A stretch of 64,000 nt of DNA from Mobula hypostoma (taxonomy: Eukaryota): NCBI RefSeq assembly GCF_963921235.1, contig NC_086097.1, positions 133,984,001-134,048,000 of the forward strand, written 5' to 3'. The position numbers and the translations under genes are program-made. Positions 12,680 through 24,535 of this stretch are shown piece by piece; the stretch's first letter is position 1, and the number at the start of each line of letters is the position of its first letter. The notes beneath the pieces were generated by a model. The model was not told the origin of the DNA. It was given only the letters and a program-made list of their open reading frames with translations, and ran no database searches.

Positions 12680-13420
12680 CAGTGGCAATCATTGCAGTCA
12701 TTTGCAGTGCTAATGTTCAATTCAGTCTCCTTTCACTCCACTGATTTAGGTGGTCAGGGTAGGTTCATAGCAGACAAAGTGATGCTACGCTGTTTAGCAG
12801 GCTGTTTAATAGGAAACTGGCAATCTTATTTCTTTGCCAGATTTGGTTTGTCATTGGGTCTCCATTACTTGCCACTCAGCGTTGATATCTTTGGACAGCA
12901 GTGATCAAAAGATGTCATTTGACCTACACAGCACGGCAGAAACTTGGAGAAGTCTCATAAAGGGACACTCTGGCTGTAAATAAAATGACATTATTATTTC
13001 CTCTGCCCTATCATGTAGAAAAGCCAATTATGGTAATGCATTGAGTGTCAATGAAAATACAGCTATCTTTTTTGGACCAGCTAATGCGGGCGTCAATGGT
13101 GCAACTCTCCTTAATGCAGTAACATGTCCACTGCTAACAGGAAAGGAACGGTGTGATAGATGTCTCAACAAGCCACTAATAAAATGCAAGATGGTCATTA
13201 AAGAAAAACGCAATTCTGCAAAACCCACATCCCAACTGCAAAATGCAAACTGTTAAGTTTTCAAATTATCTTGCAATTTCATCTCAAATGATTTATAATC
13301 CATCAACCAGAGTCAGTATCACTTTATTTTACTGAAAATTGTGTGATGGACAGCAGGGGAGTAAAAGAAAAGACTGTTTAATACATTAATAAAATCAAAT
13401 GTCTAGCAGGAATCAGATCT
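12680..13420. promoter_or_regulatory. Candidate conserved non-coding element / enhancer
   Basis: Within a >2-kb transposon-free block. Opposed PBX-HOX-type sites TGATTTAT/ATCCATCA (13289-13305), a TCF-like GATCAAAAG (about 12903) and many TAAT cores. Confidence 0.4.
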
Positions 13421-13949
13421 GGTATAAACAAAAGGAGTGAAGGTTTGTGTCAGTATTCAACTCACCTTGACAGAAGCAAACAGACTTTCTCTCTTTTCTT
13501 TTTACTAAAAGTGTGCATTTGATCACCATTTGATTTGATATTCAGCCCATGGGGAAGATGGCTGGAAGGTACCTACAGATGCTCTTTTCCACTTCAGTAC
13601 CTTCCTGGAAACAATACTCGCATTCATGATTATTACGGATAGATTTTAACAAGGGAGCAGAAGAGCTAGTTAAAACAAGAGTTGCATTAAAAAAAATCTC
13701 TTAATAATCTGTAAGGTGCATATACTTATAGATGCTTTTCAGAAAATTCAAGTAGGTAGCTCCACTGAATTTAAAATTATTATTTTTTTTAAAACTGTTT
13801 TAATTTTCTTTAAAAGGGGAACTGTTGGGACTTGTGAGTGTGAAAGAGATTTTCATAAAAGGGAACAATCCCACATCACCCTCTTCACTTAATCAGTGCA
13901 ATTACCAAAATATGAGCAATTCTCAACTGCAATTCAGGATAGTCACTCT

Positions 13950-14620
13950 TTCAAGATAATACAGGTTCAAGCCCCATCGGTAGCTGGGGAATTAAAGTTT
14001 AGTTAATTAAATACATGGATTAAAAACGCTGGTGACAGTGAAATTACTGGATCATTATGTTTTTAAAGAGATTCATGCTGCACAAAATCAGGTCTTTTGG
14101 TCCACAAAATCCATGCCAACTACTGAGCTCCCATTTCATTCATCCGACACTAATACCATTATATTCTCCCCCGCGACTCCCCCTCTACCACTCACCTACA
14201 CAATTTGCAGTGGCCAATTAACCTAATGATACGCGCATATTTGGAACGTTGGAGGAAGCCAGAGCACTTGGGGGAAACCCAAGTCGTCACAAGAAGAACA
14301 TGCAAACTCTGCACAGACACCATTAGAGGTCAGGAATGAAGACAATGTACTAGAGATGTGAGGTAGTGACTCTGCTCACTAATGTCCTATGGACAGGGAA
14401 ATCTGTGATCCTTACCTCTGGCCACAATCACCCCCCCCCCCGCCGCCCAATTTGCCCTCTGAACTGGGCCATCCAATTCAATTGTGTGCACACATTACCA
14501 CATGAACAGCAGCAGGGATTTGAGAAGGCAGCACCGCGCTATCTTCTCACAGGCAGTTAAGACTGCAATAAATGTGTGGCCCCTGCTAACCATGTCTGCA
14601 CCTCGTGAATGAATTTAAAA
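13950..14620 (+). mobile_element. Old tRNA-derived SINE with a nested antisense CR1 tail and V-SINE (about 14070-14365)
   Basis: GGTTCAAGCCCC head, CACTAATGTCCT...GGAAATCTG body and GCAATAAATG tail. An antisense relative lies at about 49830-50400. Confidence 0.5.
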
Positions 14621-16099
14621 TAAAAGCTGGGATGCAGAAGCTAGGCCCATGTCTCTTTGCATCATCTATCAGCCACGTATTCTGTCTCTATCTCCTTGGC
14701 TTTACACAGTGAAGAGGATCTGAAATCAATCCTATGCTAATTTGCAGCTGCAATCTGAGTGAGCCCTGAAGACCGTAGTTCAAGCAGCGATGTGACGGTT
14801 CCTTTAACAAATTTAATCAGGAAAGATATTTCTTAATACATCCAATTAACTAGAAATGTCCATTAAAGAAAGCAGGCAGCAGTGGGGATCCTTTTTATTA
14901 TTCTGCACTGGCTAGGCATAATGTCCCTCACATATCCTTATGCTTAATTTAAGGAAAATAAAACCCTTTACGATTTAACTCTGGGTTGAAATATGGAATG
15001 GGGATTATTCCTGGCGATTTTTTTCCACATTCCAGATACATTATGATAAAGTGAGGAAGGGGGAAGCTTTTCCATCTATCTCATTCATGTTGAGACCGAT
15101 TTCCTCTCCACACAGATAAACTTAAACTGTGTGCAGGCAAACCTTCCCAGAGTGTGTCTGGCAGGTAAAGCTCCTGATCACTCGTGTGGATTCAGAAGGC
15201 CTGAGGTTTATTTGGGTATCATGCTGGTCAAAAAAGAGAGTGTGCTTTTTAAAGTGCGTGCAGGTTACTGACTTTCATCAATAGCAACATAAAAATCAGA
15301 ATCAGGATTAATATCACTAGCATATGTCGTGAAATTTGTTGCTTCATTGAGGCAGGCATGCATTCTGCTGAATCTTCTGTGACCTCAATAAACAGAAGTT
15401 AAAAAGAAACTTCGGACATTGGGAATTTGAACTATAAACAGAAAACAATAGGCCTGTGGAAAGAGAAGCAGAGTTAAACATTTCCAGATCCGAGATCCTT
15501 CATCAGAGCTTCGTCCACTGATGCTGCCTGACCCACTGGATTGCTTCTGGCATTTGCTCTTCTTCATTCCAAGACTGGGATATCCCAAGGTACTTTAAAC
15601 CTTCCCTCAATTGTAATGTACAAATTCTTTAGCAACCTCAGCAAGTGCAATGTGACAATGAACAGTTAGTGCTTGTGGCATTTGACTGGCAAATGTTTAT
15701 TGGCCAAAGCACTGGGGAGAATTCGCTTGCTCTTCTTAAGGAATAATCATTGACCTGATACATTAATTCTGTTTCTCTCTCCACAGATGCTGCCTGACCT
15801 ACTGAGTATCCCCAGCATTTTTCTGTTTCAATTACACATCCATTGATGATTTTGGACACTGGATTTAGGCAAAGCTGAAATAAATCAAACTCATTCAACT
15901 GCCATGTTTTTGAGAGTTATCATTTTACTAAAGAAAACAGCAGAAAACTTCCTCATTGGCAATTCAATGTCAGTATATTTGAGGTTCACAGTCCTTTCTG
16001 CCCACTGATTCTAAACCGACCAACAAGCGTCCATTCACACTAATTTTATAATAATCCTATTTTATTCCACAAGCATTTCCAAAAGCAAATTCTACCGTT

Positions 16100-16310
16100 C
16101 ACTTACATGATAGGCTCAGTTTACAGTGCCCATTTACCCTACCAATCTGCATGCCTTTGAGATGTGGGTGGAAATCAAAGGACTCAGGGGAAACCCACAT
16201 GATCACACTTCGAGAATGTGCAAACTTCACACAGACCGCGCCTGAAGTCAGGATTAAACCTGGGTCACTAGTGCTGTGAAGCAGTGGGTAGATGGGCTGT
16301 ACCATTTGCC
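16100..16310 (-). mobile_element. V-SINE
   Basis: Antisense V-domain (GGGGAAACCCAC...GAGAATGTGCAAACTTCACACAGAC) followed by the tRNA-like head. Confidence 0.75.
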
Positions 16311-16360
16311 ATCCAATGTCAACCTTCAGGAATGTCCTTTACATTTTGATTTAAGTATTA

Positions 16361-16852
16361 TTTGCACAGCATTGTAGTAAATTTATGCATTGCGGTGTCC
16401 AGCTGCAAAAAAAAAATCAAACGTCATGACATATGTGAGCGATGATAAACCTGATTCTGATATGGGTCTCTATCATGGACCGGCAGTGGGAAGGAGGCAG
16501 AGAGAGGGGAATCATGGTTGGGAAAAGGAGAAGGGAGAGGGTAGGGAGCAGGAAGCACCAGAGAGACATTCTGTAATGATCAATAAACCAACTGTTTGGA
16601 ATCAAATGACCTTGCCTGGCGTCTCAGGGTGGGTGTGTCTGCCATGGCATTCTTACTCTGCCACCTGTCCCACTCCTCTTCCACGGCACTCCATCCTCAC
16701 CATTCCCAACATCCTTCGCTCCTGCCAGATTTGCAAACTCACTCTCCGCTCCATATTGACAAATACAATACTGTGCAAAGGGGTGAGGCACCCTAGCTAT
16801 ATATATGTGATATATATATATATATATATATATATGACACATATATGTGCCT
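16361..16852 (-). mobile_element. Composite Tc1-like non-autonomous element, copy 1
   Basis: Reverse complement of the body of 43117-43666. TIR-like CAATACTGTGCAAAG at 16766, followed by (TA)n. Confidence 0.7.
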
Positions 16853-17119
16853 TTGTACGTTTTCCATACAAAAAACTTGACAATTTTTATCACAAACTGC
16901 TGTACTGTTAGGCATGTTGATTCCAGAAGAAAGATAAGTTCAATGAGTACATTTAGAAGGTTTGAGATCTGACTGTTCAACTGGTGTACCCCAGACAACT
17001 GACCCAATCTGGCAGCCAGTTTCTATCAACAGGTCAATTGAACAAGTTCTGCTGTAAGGGCTGTTTGCAGCCCTCAAATTTCTACTGAAGTTCTCCTTGA
17101 GACAGCAATGATTCAGGGG

Positions 17120-17365
17120 AGTGCATTTTCACCTTTGATTCAGAAGTTTGTAGGTTCAAGACATTCTCCAGCGTACCTAAACACAATAATCCAGGTTGAC
17201 ATTCCAGTGTCGCGCAAAGGGAATGCTACACTCCCTGAAGTGCTGACTCGTATATCATAAAGCTGGGGTCCTGTCAGCTCTTCCATGAGACTATTCCAAG
17301 GAAGACCAAGAAAAGACCAAGACTGGGGTCTTAGCCAATATTTACCCCTTCACAACACCACTGGG
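17120..17365 (+). mobile_element. Deu-domain SINE (SacSINE1-like) 5' part
   Basis: TGATTCAGAAGTTTGTAGGTTCAAG head, CAGGTTGACATTCCAGTG and GCCAATATTTACCCCT. Further copies at about 15580-15740(-), 23730-23960(+), 25340-25500(+), 35830-36000(-) and 39870-40100(+). Confidence 0.65.
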
Positions 17366-17369
17366 TGTT

Positions 17370-17920
17370 GGAGGCAAGATGAGCATTTATTATCCATCCC
17401 TAGTTGCTCCTGGGAAGCTCAAAGTGAAATACCATCTTGATTGCCTGCATGCTTTCTGGTGAAGGTACTACACTGTGTTGTTGAGACTTAGAGATAGTGA
17501 TGTTAAAGTAACAGCACTATACCTCAAGGCCTAGACTGCGTTAGTGTTCTTCTGCACCTTCTTCCCCAGTACTTCTTGGTGGTAGAGGTTATGGATTTGG
17601 GAGGCGCTGTCAGACAAACCTGGACAATTTACTGCAGTACATTTTGTGGGTAGTGAAGGGGCTTTGACCTGGATGATGTCAGGCTTCTTGAGTGTCGTTG
17701 GAGCTGCAAGTGCAGTGTGTTCCATCACGCTCCTGACGTGTGGCTCCCAGATAGTGGAAAGGCCCTGGGTAGTTTGAGGTGAGCCACTCCCTACAGGATA
17801 CCTGGACTCTGACGTGCACTTGAGCCATGATATTTATCTGGGTTTCTGGTCAATAGTTATCCCAAGATGTTGGTGACAGGGAACTCAGCGACGGTAATGC
17901 TGTTGAACATCAAGCTAAGA
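17370..17920 (-). mobile_element. CR1/L2-group LINE 3' fragment
   Basis: Antisense of the GGATGG..AATAAATGCT tail family also seen in sense at about 19000-20170 and 37050-37260. Confidence 0.6.
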
Positions 17921-18169
17921 GGCTAATTGCGAAGGGTAATCTGCTCCTCAGCTCAGCAAGTTGTGCTGCACCCACAGACACAATGGTTTCAGCTCAGTGG
18001 CAACCACATCTGACCTCCAGGGCATCCAAAAGCTGCAGTGCTCTGGCCAGGCAGGAATCTACAATGAAGGCATCAACACAACCCAACCAAAGTGTTCACA
18101 CGGGGGGAGGATGATCTGTATAGAGGACCTGAAGTAGTGGGATCTGAATGTACTGGAACTCCTAAACTA

Positions 18170-18640
18170 GAACTGTACATAGAACAGAGAACAGCACAGC
18201 ATAGTATGAGCCTTTCAGCGTACGATGTTGCGCCAATCTGTTAACCTTCTCCAGTATCAATCTAACCCTTCCCTCCTATGCAATTCATAACCCACCATTT
18301 TTCCTTCATCCACTTGTAAGGGTCTCTTAAATGTCCTAATGTATTATCTTCTATCTATCATCACCCCTGGCAGTGTATTCCAGGCACCTTCCACTCTCTC
18401 GGTAAAAAAAAAACTATTTCTAATATCTCCCCTAAACTTTCCTCCAATCACCATTAAAAGATGTCCTCTGGTATTAGCCACTGCCACTCTGGGAAAAAGG
18501 CACTGTCTGTCCACTCTATCTATGAATCTTATCATCTTACACAACTCTACCAAGTCACCTCTCATCCTCCTTCAAAGAGGAAAGCCCTCGTTCACTCAAC
18601 CTTTCAGAAAAGCCCTCTCTCGCTCAACCTTGTACATGTA
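18170..18640 (-). mobile_element. CR1 LINE 3' end
   Basis: Minus ORF 18344-18565 reads MRGDLVELCKMIRFIDRVD...NTRGHLLMVIGGKFRGDIRNSFFFTERVEGAWNTLP. Confidence 0.85.
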
Positions 18641-18653
18641 CTGCCAAGGGAAA

Positions 18654-18746
18654 GGAAGACGAAGGGTCTCAGCCCGAAATGTCAACTGTGCTTCTTCCTA
18701 CGGATGCTGTCTGGCCTGCTGCATTCCACCAGCATTTTGTGTGTGT
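18654..18746 (+). mobile_element. Penelope-derived mini element starting inside the hammerhead motif
   Basis: GACGAAGGGTCTCAGCCCGAAATGTCAACTG...CCAGCATTTTGTGTGTG. Perfect 12-bp TSD TGCCAAGGGAAA (18642-18653 and 18747-18758). Confidence 0.8.
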
Positions 18747-19397
18747 TGCCAAGGGAAATGTTGGATTATGGGTCGAGATAGGATACCTCTTTCCAGTCTC
18801 ATTCTGGACTCAGTGATTCAATGATTCCAGGAGGTATCACAATGTCATGCACCCGCATGTGTTAGCATCAGGAGGGCAGAGAGGAACTTAATAATGAAGT
18901 GTTTCTAAAGTAATATGTTGCATTTGTTGCCAAAGGTGTAGGGTGATATTATTGTTTTGGCAATACTATGACTCTGCCCCACCCAGATATGGCTACAAGA
19001 GCAGGTGCCTTGCAGTGACTGACTCAACTCCTGACATCCAGATTGAAGCTCTTTCATCATCAACAAGGCACAAGTATGACTGAATATGAACCACCTATCT
19101 GAATGAATACAGCTCTAACAACTCTGGGGAAGTTCAACATCATAAAGGACAAAGGAGCCCACTGAACTGGCAGGCCATTCACCACCTAAATATTGAGTCC
19201 CTCATTCACAGTGGCTGCAGTGGGCTCCATCTACAAAATGCACTAGTTGCTCACCCAAGCAACTCTAACAGCTCCTCCCAAATCCACAATCCCATCACTA
19301 AAAAATAACAAGGGCAGCAGGTGCACGGATTACAGTCGTGCAGGTTTCTGCACATTGGGTGTATGATGGTCTTTTTTCATGGGTTCTGTTGGGTTTC

Positions 19398-19955
19398 AAA
19401 AGGTTGCTGTGCTGCATCTAGTATGGTAGTGTAACGGGTAGTACTTGCCGCTCTCACTTTCAGCTTCCACCGCTGGCCAGCAGTCCCGCGAAAACAAAAG
19501 TTGAGTGTGTAGGTCTCTCCCTGCCAGTACACAGCCTCCTTGCTGGCAACACATGCAAACGGAACTCCCTTCAGACTCGGGCTGAACCACAGAGGACGGG
19601 GAGGAGATCTGGCCCCTGCACAGGTAGCACACAGGTGTGTGGACACGCCCTGGTGCTCGTGAACCAGATCCGCAGCTATGGGTAAATAGCCCCACTGCCT
19701 GGTGGCATCCTTGGAAGAGACAAAGGCTACAGGAGCAAACCCAGACAGCAAATTAGCAGTGGACATCAATGAACATCCTTCCAGCAGCTCCTGCAGCCAA
19801 GCATATTGCTTCACAAGCTTCCCTTTGAACTTCACTGGTGAAGCCAAGAGGGGGATCTTGACGACTGGGCATCTCAGGATCTCCATACCCTCCACCCAGG
19901 CTTGTGATGATGATCATCATTCGCCATGGTCCTTCGAGACAGACGGATACCATCA
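19398..19955 (+). mobile_element. 558-bp non-autonomous retroposon, possibly RTE-derived
   Basis: Perfect 9-bp TSD TTGGGTTTC (19389-19397 and 19956-19964). The host sequence is continuous in the uninterrupted homolog at about 21228-21310. Ends in CATCAT and is GC/CpG-rich. Confidence 0.7.
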
Positions 19956-20459
19956 TTGGGTTTCTTTGTTTTGTGATTGCCTGTAAGGAGATTAATTTCA
20001 ATGCAGGTCCCTTTCTAAGTCACACTCTGTCCTGATTTGGAAACGTATTGACTATTCTTCATATCAGCTAGAGAGCACTGTGCATTATAAAAGGCAACTC
20101 ACTGTCACCTTCATAACAGGTAGTTGGGGATGGGCAATAAATACTGCACAGTGGTGACCCCATCATTACTAACAGAAAGGAATTGTGCAACCGCAGCTCA
20201 TTTACAACGAATAAAGTTGCAAATAATTTATATCAATCTATTGAATAAAAACATGGCTGATCTGGCCAACTCTACTTATAACACTTGCAGTGTGTGTGCC
20301 ACTGAGGGAAAAGTTATAATTTAGTGTTTTTGTTGCTTGGTACAGAATAGTCAAAATGGTTTGAATTGTGACCTTTATTCTGATACATACCAATTAAATT
20401 CTACAATAAACCACCGACTGAAAATTTTCTTAACTGTGATTATATATGATATTAACAGC

Positions 20460-21361
20460 AGCTTCCAGTTTAAGATGGTGCTGGTGAAGGCTAACAATGA
20501 CTTACTGGCGGCAAAACTATTTATTAACTATTTTAGTAATCACACCACTTTTTCTTGAAAATGATTACTGCAATCAATAACCCGGACCTTCCCTTCTGGA
20601 GTTGAACTTTAGGACAGCCTGTATGACCTTGCATTTTTGTGGTGTGAATTGAAGTGTCAAAGTTGCAGGACTGTAGTGGCGTGGTGTGTACGGGCCAAAT
20701 TGAAGCAACCAGGACCAAGGCCCAAGAGTGGGGGACAAGCAGATGTTTGCCCACTGCTGGAGTTGGCTTGGAGCCGATTCGGAGGGACAGATCTGAGTCG
20801 AAGCGGTGGGGCCCGGGTCCGAGCTTGAGACCGAGGAACAAGATGATGTTTGACCAATTTAAGTGCTGGGCCCGACTGGAAAGCTCAGGTAAGGGCCAAA
20901 TCGAGGTGGTGGGTCCCGGGCCCAAGAGCGTATCAAAATGGCAGGGCCAGGCTCTGAGGGCAACATGCGACTTGCTGTTTGGCTGATTTCAGTGCCAGGC
21001 CAGATTCAAAATGTCAAGGTGCTGGGGTCAGAGGAGAGCGTCAGGCCAGTGTTCAGTTCACTGCTTGCCAGCTTTACTCATTTCTACACTGAACTGAGGC
21101 TGCACCCTGCAAATAACAAGCTGCTGGGCCGGCTGTGACTGGCTTTGTGTCTGTGAACTCACTTTTGTGAACTTCAGTCCTGAATGTTATTTGCTTACTT
21201 TTATTGTTTGTACAATGTGTTTTTTTCTGCACTTTGGGTGTACGATTGTCTTTTTTTAATGGGTTCAACTGGGTTTCTTGTTTTGTGGCTGCCTGTAAGG
21301 AGACAGAACTCAAGCTTGCTAATAGCATACATGTTTCGCTAATAAATGTACTTTGAACTTT
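20460..21361 (+). mobile_element. ~900-bp non-autonomous retroposon with Rex1-like tail
   Basis: 5' TTAAGATGGTGC (AAGATGGCG-like LINE start), GC-rich internal GGCCCAAGAG repeats and a 3' AATAAATGTACTTTGAACTTT tail like the Rex1-like copies. Confidence 0.6.
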
Positions 21362-22599
21362 AGGGTAAAGCTAACAAGCGGCAGGGTGACGAGTTTTGGA
21401 AGCATTATATCTGCACTTCACCTGCTTGACAATAAGAGTTTATATAAATTTTTATTCAAAAGAAACCTGAAAGAATAATCAACAGCCTTGCTATTGTTCT
21501 TCCATTAGACTTAGAACAAAAACAATGAGAGGTGACTCTTTACTGAACATTGAAGGAAAGATAGAATTGCATCAATTCTGCATGGTCTTCGCATCACAAC
21601 ATCGGCCATTCAGCCCTTATGCTCAGTTCAAGCCTCCTCCCACTGTTCCTCGTATCTCAGCATCAGTTCAACCTTCTCCTCAGTTCTCCCTCTACAAGAA
21701 TGTGCCATTTGCCTCAGCAGCTCCTTCCGCAGTTTTAAAACATTTTCCCAGCGCTGCTGAGAATTAAATGAAGCTGTGGAAAATATAGAAACATTGCAGG
21801 CAAAGTACTAGTTTGCTAAGTAACAGATAAACGCTTGCTGCTGCATTTGTGTGTTAATAGTCACAGTTAATTTACACTGAAATTAAACACCACCCATGCT
21901 GATTCACGCACAGTCGTAGTATGTGCATGTTTTAATACAGCACTGACCCAGTTCAGCACTCATGCCGTAGAATGGGATTCAGGAGCATAATTTTTTTCTG
22001 CAGATATTCAGAATGCCTGCGAATGCCAATGCTTCATATAAGCACAGACTGGTAAATCTAATTAACGTTTGGAAAATCCGATCATTTTTACCACATGGAA
22101 AACAGAATGTAGTCCACAAATCCCTAAAGGTAGCAAGACACAGCATTAAGGGAGTTAAAGAGGTGTACAGGATACTTGCCTGTATTAGCTGAGACACAGA
22201 ATGCTCGAACAAGTACATGTCCTTCCCGGGTTGTGAATGCCCCTACGTACGAGTAAGCATTTGGGAGACAGTGGGGGTGAATGGCAATGGACTTGCCAGG
22301 TGCTGCAGGAACACAGGCACCTTCTGTCAGGTAGGATTTAGACATTTCTGCATTGTATTATCACCACCCCTGAGCCACAACACTCAGGGGCTGGAATGAG
22401 CTAAGCAGAGCTGGGAGCACAGAGCACAGTCACTCACTCCTCAGTCGGTGAGGTCAGCTGGCATTCACTCTTCCCCCGCCTGTTCGCTCTCTCATTAAAG
22501 CCGCTTATGTAACCTTTTCCCGCACTCTGTTCTTGTTTATTTCCAACTTACAAACAGTTCTAGTCACAGAGAGTCCTGGAGAATGGAACCCTGTCGTAA

Positions 22600-23265
22600 C
22601 CTGGGGTCTACCTCCTACCCCAGTTATTCTCTCTTCTCCCGCCTTCCTTTGGGCAGAACTCATCCCACCACTCTCAGGAACAGCTTTCTCCCTGCTGTGA
22701 CAAGACACTTGTACAATAAAGATGAACTCTTGACCTCACAATCTACCTCGTCATGGCCCCTGAACCTTGCAGTCTACCTGCACTGCACCTTCTCTGTAAC
22801 TGTACCTTAGCCTTACTTGTCAGGTACATCGAAACATCAGAACATACAGTGAAATGCATCACTACGTCAAATCAAGTCAGTGAAGATTGTGCTGGGCGAC
22901 CCGCAAGTGTTGGCATGGTTCTGGCACCAACATAACATGCTCACAACTCAGGAACTCTAACCATACGTCCTTGGTGTGTGGGACGGAACCAGAGCACCCA
23001 GAGGAAAGCCATGCGGTCACGGGGTGAATGTACGAACTCCATATAGGCAGTGATGATAATTGAACCTTGATTGGTGATTTCTGGCACAGTAATAGCATTA
23101 TGCTGACCACTAGTCCACCACGTAGCCCTATATTCCTCATTCTGTTATTGCTTTTCCCTTTGTACTACCTGGATGTACTTACCGGTTGAAATTATCTGTA
23201 TGGATGGCATTCAAACCAAAGCTTTTACTGTATTTTAGTACATGAGACTAAAATAATCCAATTAC
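22600..23265 (+). mobile_element. Rex1-like 3' end with nested antisense elements (V-SINE about 22950-23125)
   Basis: HPTTLRNSFLPAVTR motif. The 3' UTR resumes at about 23138 after the insertions. Confidence 0.65.
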
Positions 23266-23299
23266 ATATCAGATTTGCTAGGATTGAGAAAACATTAGT

Positions 23300-23700
23300 T
23301 AAGGCACACTGCATACAGTTCTCGTGATCACACTACACTACAGCACTGGAAAAAAAAAGGTGCAAAGGAGATTTACTCAGGTTGTGTCAGAGCTGGGTAA
23401 CTATAAAGAAAACAAGAGATTTCTGACTGGGATAGTTTTTGCAACAAAGGGGAGAAAGGGTAATTTAATTGAGATTTATAAAACTGTGAGAGGCCTAAAC
23501 GGAGTCAATGTTTCCCTCAGCACAAAGATCAGCAACTTGGTCTGTAGATTTTATTTAAATGGGAGAAGAATTAAAAAGGAAATGAGGGAAAGTGTTTTTA
23601 CCCAGAGGATGGTGGGGATATGGAACTTATTGCTTAAAAGCATGGTAGGGACTGAAACCTTTACCACAATCAGGTTGTGTTTATTCTCTTGGAGCAGAGG
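23300..23700 (+). mobile_element. CR1 3' fragment
   Basis: ORF 23324-23707 reads KVQRRFT...GNLIEIYK...FTQRMVGIWNLL. Confidence 0.75.
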
Positions 23701-24239
23701 AGTCTGACTGAGGTATTGCAAAACACTTCACTAAAGAACAGCAAGGAGAATTATCCCCAGCATCCTTGCCAGCATTAGCCCCTCAAGTAATGTTACTAAA
23801 GCAGGAAACTTAGTCACAATCACTTTTTGGTGGGAACTTGTTGTCCACAAATTGCCATTTTTATTCCTTTCATTTCAGCAGTGGCCTGACTTCAGAAAGT
23901 ATTTCATTGGCTTTGAGATGCCCTGCAGTCATGAGACAGGCAATGTTCTTTCATCGGTTAACATGAAGGAGAAGGGATCCTGAACAATAACCAAGCAACG
24001 TTTCTATGACTGTCAGTAACTACAGCTGACATGGTGCTGAATGTCCCACTCAGGTGCTCTGTCACCTTGCAGATGTTGAGAAAATCTCCAAGATGATGTT
24101 ATTTACTATTAATATAATAATGCATCTTGCGAGACGTTAACATAAAGAAATCTAATCTAATCTGTGATAACCGGCAGATTTTGGGCATCTTGCTAAGATC
24201 ACAGGCTTGAATTTGCTCTCAGTTCAAAAACAGAAATCT

Positions 24240-24535
24240 AAAGCAAAGCACGCAAAATACTGCAGAAACTCAAAAGGTCAGGCAGCATCTATGGAGAGAA
24301 ATAAACAGTCGACATTTCGGGCCAAGACCCTTCAACAGGACTGGAAGGAAGGGGGACGTTGGGGGGGGGGGAAGAAACGGAGTACAAGCTGGCAGGTGAT
24401 AGGTGATAGCAGGCGAGGGGGGAAGCTGGGTGGATGGAGGAACGGGTATGAAGTGAAAAGCTGGCAGGTTAAGAAGAAAAGAAACCTGACAGGAGAGGAA
24501 AGTGGACTATGGGAGACAGGAAAGGAGCAGGGACT
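24240..24535 (-). mobile_element. Penelope-like element 3' UTR/terminus
   Basis: Antisense homolog of 3440-3745. Confidence 0.8.
24306..24343 (-). ncRNA. Minimal type I hammerhead ribozyme motif (one core substitution)
   Basis: Minus strand reads CAGUC-CUGUUGA-A-GGGU(CUUG)GCCC-GAAAU-GUC-GACUG. Stem I CAGUC/GACUG is perfect and stem II and GAAA are present, but CUGAUGA is mutated to CUGUUGA. Confidence 0.6.

Noticed and set aside
19377..20001. Overlapping ORFs of 82-172 aa on both strands
   Set aside because: They lie in a GC-rich TSD-bounded retroposon where stop codons are rare, and show no protein motifs.
20533..21138. Several overlapping ORFs
   Set aside because: GC-rich interior of a non-autonomous repeat with no coding signature.
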